From: Azolla caroliniana
Taxonomy: Eukaryota; Plantae; Polypodiophyta
Direction: 5' to 3'
Assembly: GCA_043228905.1 (NCBI GenBank)
Contig: JBHGNT010000002.1
Span: 5,394,001-5,458,000, forward strand
DNA: 64,000 nucleotides
Shown here one piece after another: positions 22,001-32,696 of the stretch; the first letter of the stretch is position 1; each line of letters opens with the position of its first letter. The position numbers and the translations under genes are program-made. The notes under the pieces are model-generated. The model was given only the letters and a program-made list of their open reading frames with translations, was not told the origin of the DNA and did no database searches.

Positions 22001-24680
22001 AGAAAAGTGTCGTTTTGGCCAGAATCAAGTGGAATTTTTGGGGTATGTTGTATCGTCAAATGGTATTGCTATGGACCCCATGAAGGTACAAGCAATTTTA
22101 GAGTGGCAAACGCCCCTTTCAGTGTGTGATATGCAATGTTTTCTCGGGTTTGCAAATTTTTATCGAAAATTTATTAAAGATTATTCCAAGGTTGTGCTTC
22201 CGCTTACTCAGCTCACACATAAAGATTGACCATTTATATGGAGTTCAGATGCAGCTGAGGCATTCGAAAGCTTAAAACGAGCATTTACAACGGCACTTAT
22301 CTTAGCACATGTCGACCCAACAAAACGCTTCATCCTCGAAGCCGATGCATCCGATTTTGCACTAGGGAGTGTCCTCTCGCAGACTGGAGATGATGGACAA
22401 CTACACCCTGTCGCCTTTCATTCACGAAAGTTTGAAGCTGCAGAGATCAACTACGAGATCCATGACAAAGAGCTTCTTGCAATCGTGGATTCGTTTCAAC
22501 AATGGCGACATTTCCTAGAAGGTTCTTCTCAGCAAATCATTGTCTACAATAATCATAAGAACCTGACTTATTTCCAAAAGTCTTGAGTCGGCGACAAGCC
22601 CGGTGGGCGCAATTTTTGACTCACTTCGATTTTATCATCATATATCGCCCTGGGATGCAGCAAGGCAAAGCAGATGCTCTTTCTCGGCGCTCTTATATGG
22701 AACTTCGTCCAGGGGAACCTGCATTTGAGCATCAAAAACAAATCCTTTTGGGTCCTAATCGATTACGATTAATGGTAGTTAACGCCATAACAACTCTTGA
22801 AAATTCCACTCTTCTTGATTCCATTCGAGATCATATGGCCACTGATGATTTTGCCAAGGATGTTTTGGATCATATCGTCCCAGATCGTGCTTCTTGCTCA
22901 CGGTCGAAAAATCCTCGTAATGACTATTGTCAGTTCTATTGGCATGGTGGTTTTTCTATTTCGACAAAATTTATTGTATGTTCCTGATGGTCCCCCACGG
23001 CTACAAGTTTTGCAACATTGCCATGACTCACCAATGGCTGGTCATTTTGGAGTTCACAAGACTCTAGAATTAATTTCTCGACGTTATTGGTGGCCTCGCC
23101 TTCGTCATTTTGTTGAGGATTATGTTCGGAGTTGTGATATATGTTGTCGATCAAAGAATCCTCATCACCGACCCTATGGCTTACTACAACCACTTCCCAT
23201 TCCGGAAACTCCTTGGAAGTCTATATCCTTGGACTTCATTACTGATCTCCCAGTTTCAAAAGGTTTTGATGCAATTCTCACAGTGGTTGATCGATTTACC
23301 AAAATGGCACATTTCTTGCCATGTACAAAGTCGATTACTAGTCAAGAGGCGGCTGATCTCGTTATGCGGGAGGTATTTAAGCATCATGGTCTGCCGGATG
23401 ATATTATTAGTGATCGTTGTCCACAATTCATCTCAAAGTTTTGGAAACACCTATTCAAACTTCTCCACATTTCAGTTACGCTTTCTTCGGGCTATCATCC
23501 TGAAACAAATGGCCAAACAGAGCATACCAACCAGACATTGGAACAATATCTTCGTTGTTTCATCAACTATCAACAAGATGATTGGGTTGCTTTTTTACAC
23601 TTGGCGGAATTCGCTTACAACAACTCAGCCCATTCTTCTACAGGATATTCCCCATTTTTCGCAAATACGGGCTGTCATCCTCGGTGGACGATGAATGCGC
23701 ATCCAGAAGTTCCTACCAACCCTACTGCCGAGGATCGTCTTAGTCGCCTCCAAGAAATTCAAGCTAACATTCTCCACAATTTGCACGATGCTCAATTTAC
23801 ACACAAGAGGCTTGCCGATCGTCATCATCTAGACTCCTTAAAAAAGTTCCGCATTGGGGATCATGTATGGCTTCTCCAACACAACATCAAGACCACTCGA
23901 CCTTGCAGTAAATTGGATTACCAACGTTTTGGCCCTTACATGATCACTGGTAAGATAAGTGATGTTGCATTTCGTCTTGACCTCTCCCTCCGCACATGCA
24001 TCTTCATCCGGTGTTTCATGTATCCCGTTTGGAACCTTATACTACAAGTTCAATTCCGGGCCGACTTACGACACCCCCACCACCTGTCGAGTTCTTGGAC
24101 GGGCCTGAATTTGAAGTTGTTGCCGTTCTCGATTCTAAAATCGTGCGCAACAAGCTGTATTACTTAGTCGATTGGCTAGGTTATACCCCCAATGATCGAA
24201 CTTGGGAACCTGCCGCAAATCTTTCCAATGTTGCAGAACTCGTCAATGCATTTCATCGCCAATATCCTTGTAAACCAAGTCCTAATACAAACCCTACGAC
24301 CCGTGAGACGTGTCGTCGAAAAAGGGGGATAGTGTCATGATAACACTCACATCATGCATCGAAAGGATCATGACACTCACATTATGACTCGAAAGGATTT
24401 GAACCCACGACCTTGTTGTACACATGTCAAATCCTTAACCATTGTATTAATATTCTTATATGTATAGTCTCTAGAATATGAAATCTAATATCATAGGAAT
24501 ATTCTATATTACTCTACATTCTAGAATGACCTAGAATATTCTAGAGTGTTCTATACCACTAGAACCTTCTAGAATACTCTAGAGATCTTCTAGATTACTC
24601 TACATTCTATGATAACCTAGAATATTCTAGAGTGTTCTCTATTACTTATAAATAGGGATCTACCACCCATCCCAAACCTA
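19042..24680 (+). mobile_element. Chromovirus (Tcn1-like) element 'B'
   Basis: Full 5' LTR 19042-19519; PPT before 24333; 3' LTR 24333-24680 consists of U3 only; no TSD. Confidence 0.92.
19608..24340 (+). pseudogene. Element B gag and pol (PR, RT, RH, INT, chromodomain), disrupted
   Basis: LLDSGA, YLDD, integrase core (SLDFITDLP, IISDR), GPY, chromodomain FEVVAVLDSK...YLVDWLGY...TWEP. Multiple stops and frameshifts. Confidence 0.92.
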
Positions 24681-24706
24681 TCCTCCTTTGTAACCATCCT
24701 GAAACC

Positions 24707-25873
24707 ATGGCTGCCATTAACTCAGAAGAATATCTCACCCTTGTTGCAGAAATGGAGAACCTTAAATCCAAGTTCACATCTCTTGAAGTAGAGAATCAAC
24801 GTCTATTTGGGGATCTACAAAAGGTTACTATAGAGAAGCAACAACAACAAGACGAGTTCACGCGACGAGTGCAACAGTTAGAGTCGACAATCGTAGTGTT
24901 ACAACAACAAAGGGTTGAAGGTCAGGGACTTGTCAAGGAGCCCAAAATTAGCCTCCCAGCTAAATTTGATGGGTCGAGGGCGCATTTCCGAGGTTTCTTG
25001 AATCAAGTACGGTTGGTGATTCAAATGCATCCCGCGTGTTATCCAACAGATGCATCACGAGTCGGGCTAGTGGGCACCTTATTGACTGGCATAGTGTTGT
25101 CGTGGTTTGCTCCATTGCTAGAGACCAATTCCCCTCTATTGAATAATTTCAAGGAATTTATCAAGGAATTTAAAGCTTGTTTCGGTCCAGATACTGATGG
25201 GGCGAGAACAGCTATCAACAAGATTCGTACACTTCGTCAAGGTGATCAACCAGCTTCGACATATGTTGCCAATTTCCGTCTCATCGCAAGCGATATTCCT
25301 TGGGATGAACAAGCCCTAATGGAGCAATTCCGTTCAGGCCTTCGTAGTGATGTCAAAGACTTACTTCTTACCTTCCCCGAGGATCCAAGGTCACTTACAG
25401 AAGCTATTAGTCGAGCAATACGGTGTGATAATCGCCTTTTTGAGCGTCAATGTGAGCGACAACAACAAATAACAAGATCAAGATTCACACCAACTTATGC
25501 ATCAATAACGGCGCAATCATCCCCAAGGCAAATGTATAGCCCTACTCCATCTCCAAGGCAAACACGTAGTCTAGTCCCAATGGATAGTCCTGCACCTATG
25601 GAGATCGATATGACTCAACGACGAGGACCGTTGTCAGATGAAGAGAAGCAACGTCGTCGAGCAAACCACCTATGCTTATATTGCGGAGGTCCAGGACATA
25701 TAGCCATTCATTGCTCCCGTAGGCCGAGACGTCAGGTAAATCAAATTCACTATGACAATAAAAATGAGTCCAACATTTTAGAAGTAGTTAGTGAATCTAA
25801 TATTATGAATAATCCACCCTTGTCCAATAAATTTGAAGTCCTAAGCCAATTAGAAGAGGAGTCAAACGAATAA
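24707..25873 (+). CDS. Element A Gag (388 aa, intact)
   Basis: PAKFDG, LRQG, F..GL, PMEID and [14 protein letters not shown] motifs. Confidence 0.9.
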   Translation: MAAINSEEYLTLVAEMENLKSKFTSLEVENQRLFGDLQKVTIEKQQQQDEFTRRVQQLESTIVVLQQQRVEGQGLVKEPKISLPAKFDGSRAHFRGFLNQVRLVIQMHPACYPTDASRVGLVGTLLTGIVLSWFAPLLETNSPLLNNFKEFIKEFKACFGPDTDGARTAINKIRTLRQGDQPASTYVANFRLIASDIPWDEQALMEQFRSGLRSDVKDLLLTFPEDPRSLTEAISRAIRCDNRLFERQCERQQQITRSRFTPTYASITAQSSPRQMYSPTPSPRQTRSLVPMDSPAPMEIDMTQRRGPLSDEEKQRRRANHLCLYCGGPGHIAIHCSRRPRRQVNQIHYDNKNESNILEVVSESNIMNNPPLSNKFEVLSQLEEESNE

Positions 25874-28800
25874 GTCCGGCCAAAATAGGAGCCATTTGGT
25901 TGGACAACCCTAGATATGTACAACCTAGTGTGGGTTCCATTTCTTCCAAGCATGTCAGTAGAGTCTTCTCAGCCCTAGTACAAGTTAGGAGACCCAGTTG
26001 TCAACTTCAAGTCCAAGCCCTCTTAGATACTGGAGCCAATTCTTGTTTCATGGATAGAGATTTTGCCCAAAAATACCAAATATCCTTGCATACACTTCCT
26101 TGTCCAGTTTCCGTAGTAGTGATTGATGGACGCCCCATAGCTTCCGGGAAGATATTTGAAGAGTTTGAGCCAATACACATACTCTTGGGTGATTTAGGAT
26201 GTGTAGTTTCCTTTAACATAATCCATAGTCCTGAGCATCCAATTGTCCTCGGTTTGCCATGGTTCGAGCTACATAACCCTAGAATCGATTGGAGGAAGCG
26301 AGAAATTAGGTGCCCTTTAGTGGAAAATATCATTGTCAAGGATCGAACTCGGGATTATCCTCCTAAAGTATATAGTTCTACTGATGCACCATATCCTTCT
26401 CATCAAATTTCAGCCATCACATTGCAACAATTGTGCCAAGTGGGAGGCAAGGAGGAGCTTTTCTTATTTGCAGTATTAATGACACCTTCTAGTGTCACTC
26501 AAGGGAATTCAGGCATCCAAATTCCCAAAAAATATCAAGACTATGCTGATGTTTTCGACAAAGTCAAAGCTAGTGTTCTTCCAAAGCATCGGTCGTACGA
26601 ATGTCCTATTGATCTCCAACCAGGAAAAGAGCCACCGTGGGGTCCGATTTACAATTTATCACCCATCGAGCTTGAGGTTCTTCGAGAATACATCGAGGAA
26701 AATCTTGCACATGGGTTTATTCGACATTCAAAGTCTCTAGCTAGTGCTCCTATCTTTTTTGTGAAGAAAAAGGACGGCTCCCTTCGTTTGGTCGTGGACT
26801 ATCGAGGCTTAAATAAAGTCACCATAAGGAATAGGTATGCTTTACCTTTAATCTCCAATCTCTTAGAATGCATTGGTGGGGCAAAGCATTTTACCAAATT
26901 TGATCTAAGGGGTGCATATAATCTTGTTCGAATTCGGCCGAGAGATGAGTGGAAAACAGCATTTCGTACTCGGTATGGTCATTTCGAGTATACAGTCATG
27001 CCTTTCGGGCTCACAAATGCACCTGTTGTTACGGGCATGAACATTTAATATCCCGTGGTGAGAATTTACCGTAGTATTCTATACACGTGGATAAGTGTGA
27101 GGGTTAAATGAGAGTGTAAAGAAGGGGAGGATTACTTTTAATCCTCGGGATTGAGACAACCCATTAGGTCAAGTGTGAACTTGCCTCCAGGGGCCTTGGG
27201 TATCACTATAAATAAGAGGCCTAGCTACCCTCATTTGATCATCTTTTGACTACATCGAGACTCTGCTCTTGTGGTGGGTCAACTCTTGTAGCGAGCGCGC
27301 CAACACCAGGTACGACTCGACGCCACGGCGGTGGTATGGGACGCCGATCGAGGCTCGAGTCCGTCTCGATCCCTTCGCTCGGGGGTGGTCGGGTGGATCG
27401 GCACCCTTCTTTCTCTTTCTCCTTTCTATCTATCATTAGTTTATCCTTATCTTAAGCTTACTTTAGTACCTAGATCTCTAATACCTGCAGTATTCCAACA
27501 TATGGCAAATGACATCTTCCGGGATTTCTTGGATATTTTTCTAATCATCTACCTAGATGATCTATTGATTTACTCTAAAACACAGGGGGAGCATGATATA
27601 CATGTGCGGCAAGTACTTGAACGCCTAAGGAAGTATGGTCTTTATGCCAAACTTGAGAAATGCAGTTTTGATTGCAAACAAGTCGAATTTTTGGGATACA
27701 CTATTTCATCCCAGGGTGTTTTCATGGACCCAGCAAAAGTCCAAACAATATTGGAATGGAAACCCCCATGCTCAGTTCGGGATGTCCAGTGTTTCCTCGG
27801 ATTTGCGAACTTCTATCGCAAATTCATACATAATTATTCAAGCATTGTGTTGCCCCTTACTCAACTCACTAAGAAAAATCAAGCATTTTTTTGGAGTATC
27901 GAAGCAGACAAGGCTTTTACGCAGCTGAAAGAGGCATTCACATCAACACCCATCCTAGCACATATTGATCCTAAAAAGCCATTTACTATTGAGGCAGATG
28001 CATCGGACTTTGCATTGGGGAGTATCCTATCGCAACCAGGCGAGGACGGGCAGACACATCCAGTCGCGTTTCACTCGAGAAAATTTATTGTTTCGGAGAT
28101 AAACTATGAGGTGCATGACAAGGAGTTACTAGCTGTGGTTGACTCATTCGAGCAATGGCGTCATTTTCTAGAAGGATCACCTCATCAGATTATCATTTAT
28201 AGTGATCACAAAAATCTCACATATTTTCAAACAGCTCGAGTATTAAATAGACGCCAAGCTCGGTGGGCCCAATTTTTAACGCGTTTCGATTTCAAGATCA
28301 TTTTTCGCCCCGGAAAACAACAAGGGAAAGCAGATGCTTTGTCTCGGCGTTCGTATCTAGCACTTCGACCTGGAGATCCGGCCTTTGACAATCAAAAGCA
28401 AATTCTCCTCGGGCCATCAAAGCTACAGGTAACAACAATTTATGCCATGCCACTTGATTCTACCCTTCTTGACACTATTCGTCAACAACTTCATTCAGAT
28501 GATTTCGCTAAGGATGTCTTAGCCCATTGTGGTTCAAGTCGTCCATCTTGCTCCACATTGCCAGGGTCATCTCAACATTATCAGGACTTCAAGTGGCAAG
28601 ATGGCTTACTCTTCTACAAGAATCTCCTTTACGTCCCCGACGGATCACCCCGACTTCAAGTGTTGGAACATTGTCATGATACCCCCATGGCTGGACATTT
28701 TGGTATTTCCAAGACCATTGAGCTGGTGAAACGTTCATTTTGGTGGCCTCACTTACAAAAATTTGTCGAAGATTATGTTCGCACTTGTGACACTTGTTGT

Positions 28801-29988
28801 CGCGCCAAAATACCTCGGCATCACCCTTATGGCTTACTACAACCATTACCCCCTCCCAACAAGCCATGGCAGTCTATTTCTATGGATTTCATTACGGATC
28901 TACCACCTTCCAAAGGCTTTGATACTATTTTAACAGTAGTGGATCGGTTCACCAAGATGGCACATTTTGTACCATGTGTAAAGACCATCAATAGTGAAGA
29001 AACTGCAGATCTCATTATGCGTGAAGTGTTTCACCATCATGGTCTCCCGAATGATATTATTAGCGATCGAGGTCCTCAATTTATCTCACACTTTTGGAAG
29101 CACCTATGGGCAGGCCTCAAAATCTCTTGCAAACTCTCTTCGGCTTACCCACAAACTGACGGACAAACAGAGCGCACAAATCAAACGCTCGAGCAATATC
29201 TTTGATGTTTCATTAGTTATCAACAAGATGATTGGAGTAATATTTTACATCTTGCCGAGTTTGCATACAACAACACAGTCCACTCTTCTACCAAAGTTAC
29301 ATCTTTCTTTGCCTACACTGGCAACCACCCTCAATGGTGTATACTGGATCTTCCCGAGGTGTCACGAAACCCTAGTGCGGCGCATCACCTCCACCGACTA
29401 CAACAAATCTGGTTCGAGTTATCGTCACATCTTCAGAAAGCATAAGCACACCATAAGACCAATGCCGATCGACATCGTCTTAAGTCTCCGTTTAAGGTTG
29501 GTGACCGTGTATGGTTGCTTCGTCGTCACATCAAGACTACCCGACCGTGTGCTAAGCTTGACTATCAACGCTTAGGTCCTTTTGTCATCACGGCGCAGAT
29601 TAATGATGCAACATTTCGTCTTAACCTTCCTGCACATATGCGGCTTCACCCTGTCTTTCATAGCTCTCTTTTGGAACCTTGCCGCACCTCTTTAATTCCT
29701 AATCGTGTCGTGCCACCACCGCCTTCTGTACAACTTGTGGACGGCCCTGAATACGAGGTAGCTGTTATTCTCGATTCTAAGATTGTGCGCAATAAGCTTT
29801 ATTATCTAGTTGATTGGCTTGGCTATCCTCCGAGTGATCGCACTTGGGAACCCATTGATAACGTTTGTAATGTTGAAGCTCTGGTCAACCACTTCCATCG
29901 TCACTATCCAAACAAGCCCGGCCCAAGAATGTTAACGCCGACTTCCACTCGGCGTTCTCGAAGGAGGGATAGTGTCATGAACACATGA
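25861..29988 (+). pseudogene. Element A pol in the -1 frame, split by a solo LTR, with stops in the integrase
   Basis: LLDTGA, YLDD, EADASD, integrase core, chromodomain YEVAVILDSK...YLVDWLGY...TWEP. Confidence 0.92.
27027..27483 (+). mobile_element. Solo LTR (457 bp) in the RT of element A
   Basis: Interrupts FGLTNAP|AVFQ; ends TGTTA...TAATA; TSD CCTGT/CCTGC; internal TATAAATA at ~27208. Confidence 0.82.
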
Positions 29989-31752
29989 CCATTATGGCGT
30001 CACCCGAACTTGAACTTTGAACCTTGTAATCCATACTTGAAAACCTCAACCATTAAGATAGCTTATTGTTATATGAAACAATAAAAGCTACTTCTTGTAT
30101 TACATTGATTATTGTAAAACCTCTAGATTATTCTAGAATGTTCTAGAATGTCCTACAACATTCTAGGTCTAGAACATTCTAGAACATTCTAGAAATCTCT
30201 AAGTTATTCTATAGGAACCTATAAATAAGGGCATACATGTATTCTCAAATCAATTCGAATCAACACCAGTCTTTAGCTCTCATTACATATCTTGTATCCA
30301 TTCTCTTTCTTTCTCTATCTTATACATCCATTCTTCTCTTAGTATTTCGTTCCTTTCTTCTCGTGTTCTCTAATATCCTTCTTCCATCACTCTATCTTTT
30401 ATCCTTGGTTCTGACACCAAACCGGTAGCAGCAGCGCGAGACGAAAGTGGCCAAGCAGGCTACCATGGGGTGTTCCTCAGACGTGGAGGACACCGGTACG
30501 CGGAGAGCGGAGCGTGCATACGGGGGAGTGAAGGGCCAACAATGAGGCACGCGTACTACGAGGTCGCGGCGAACGACCTATTGGCGGGACGAATGAGCCT
30601 ACGGAGAGGCAAGCGGCACGAGGATGAACCGGACCCAAGCAACAAGGACGACCGATTCGAAGCAAATGGCGATTCGGAGGACGAAGGGTAAGCGCGAGCC
30701 AGTCTTCTCCGGCAGAGAGTCTATTTTGGCGCATACCGGTGGATGCGCGGTTAGGTGGGAGTGGATGTCGTGGAGAAAACCGTCCCTAGATGGAATCGGA
30801 GAATATCGGGAGAAACGGCGGTGTGCACCATGTGTACTCACCCTTGTATAAACGTGTGAATAGTAGGAGTCAAGTCGGGACAGAGAATCCCATGTAAGTC
30901 AGGATTTATCCCACATTGTAACGCATCCCTCTCCTTGTTCTATAAAAGGAAGGGGTGGTCCCTTGTAGAAGTTGCCCATTTTTGCATTCGTAGGGTATAT
31001 CGTTGGATTAAGAGACATCATCTCTTTCTCTTCCTCTTGTTTAGGGTTTCGTTTCTTCTTCTTTCCTTTGCTTCTTCCTCTTCGTCGTTCTGTGTATCGA
31101 GAGGGACTTCTAGTGTTTCTATTTGTTGCACCATCCCCTATGCAAGACCCCGCTCGGCGCGACAAGCTCGAGAGCTCCCTGACCGGCAGCTTGGCAGTAG
31201 ATGACTGTTGCAACCTGAGCTACTTAGGTCGGGCTCGATGCCAGTATTGTATCTTATTCTTGTAATATATGTGTGGAGGGTTCTGCGTATCGGTGTCTAT
31301 GTGAGTGTTTTGGCGTCCTCTTACCTCCATTTCTGTACATAAGGGCATGAGTTGGGTCGGCGTGGTGTGTGTGTGTGTGTGAGTCGGTGTCAAGCGCGCG
31401 CTCTCTCTCTTTCTCTCTCTCGTTCGGTTGCTTCCGGAACGCGTCTGGAATCTTCTTCTCGGCTTCCCTTCTTCCCTTGTCCGAGACCCCCGTGGTCCCG
31501 CCCTTTTACACACACGCGCGTAATAACGTGACAGCACGGTTAGGTGGGGGCGAATGTCGTGGAGAAAACCGTCCCTAGGCGGAAACCGGGTATAACGTGC
31601 GTAAACCGGCCCTTACACGTGGGCACAAGTTTTGTTGTATAGTACGTAGATAGGTACAAGTCGGATGAGGCGAAATCCTAGGTAGCACACATTCATTAGG
31701 GAGAAAATCGAGGCGTATCCCTATCCAAAAGGACAAGGAATAAAAATGATGT

Positions 31753-32200
31753 TGTTGAGATATCAAGCTCAACTAGTTTAATCTAGTTAGTCAACACATG
31801 TAACTTAGTAGTTACCTAGATCGAATCTAGTTAATGTGTTGACCTTAAGCCTTTAAATAGGACCTTGTACTTAAGTGGGATATTCTAGATCCTCCACTCC
31901 TTAGTACATTTAATGTAGGACTTACACATAAGTACCTATGTTCTACCCACACATGTGCACCTTTGCACATGGGTTGTATATATATCTCATTGTGGGTATT
32001 TTTGTAGTTGATGACACTTTTCAATATAGTCAATCATCCCCCATTTATCTTTGTGTTCAAGTGTAACTTCCTCTCTCTCTCTCTCTCTCTCTCTTCCTCT
32101 CACACACTCTCACGCGCATATCATACTAATCTTCAGCTGCTTAACGTAACCATATAATTAGTCTCTAATTAACCATAGTTAATTACCTAATTACTTAACA
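31753..32200 (+). mobile_element. Solo LTR family X, copy 1 (in the G1 3' LTR)
   Basis: TGTTGAGA...TTAACA; TSD GATGT/GATCT; homologous to 34331-34775. Confidence 0.85.
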
Positions 32201-32414
32201 GATCTAACGGGTGGTAATGGCCTCCCTCCTTGGGCTATAAAAGAGAGGGAGAGGTATGGTAAAAAGGTATCGCGTTGTGTGGAGGACGAAGTGCTGCCGG
32301 ACTGGAACCGAGCTCTTCTCCTGTCTTCTCCATAGTCGTTCTATGCAGGTTTTCAGGAGGCTAACTCTACTCTGCGGAACGCTCGAGTGCTTCCGGTAGA
32401 GTCTCCATCTCGCG

Positions 32415-32416
<2 letters not shown>

Positions 32417-32455
<39 letters not shown>
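32417..32455. repeat. (TG)n microsatellite inside the G1 3' LTR
   Basis: Direct reading. Confidence 0.9.
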
Positions 32456-32458
<3 letters not shown>

Positions 32459-32696
32459 GCGTCAAAGCCTATCACTCGCCGGCTTGCCGGTTGTAACTCC
32501 TTGGTATATATATATACATATACATTCGTTTTGTCTCCATTGTTCAAAGTTAGTTGCAACTCATGTGAATCTGTGTGTCTGTGCACGTGTGAAGTACATC
32601 GGTAGTTTCCTTCCCCTCTTCTCATTCGGTTATTTCTCGGTCCAAGGCCCCCGTGGTCCCGCCTCGTTCCCCACGCACGCGCGTAACAACGCGACA

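Larger units (their letters stand above)
18672..30416 (+). mobile_element. Chromovirus (Tcn1-like) element 'A', composite with element B
   Basis: TSD CCAAA on both sides; rearranged 5' LTR 18672-19040; intact 3' LTR 29973-30416; PPT GAAGGAGGGATAG; gag, pol and chromodomain present. Confidence 0.93.
14773..31533 (+). mobile_element. Non-autonomous gag-only relative of G1 ('G2')
   Basis: 5' LTR 14773-16444; PBS 16449-16465; gag; no RT, RH or integrase core; PPT 30749-30765; 3' LTR 30766-31533; flanks GCGC/GCAC. Confidence 0.85.
5834..32696 (+). mobile_element. Non-chromovirus Ty3/Gypsy 'G1' (Phygy-like); 5' part outside the window; heavily nested
   Basis: PR (ALVDHGSEINL), RT (MPFLDD), RNase H, integrase (HHCC, ADRG, GKVERGH, GPY); no chromodomain. 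PPT 31538-31554; 3' LTR 31555-32696 (TGTCGT...GCGACA). The lineage name is an inference. Confidence 0.88.
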
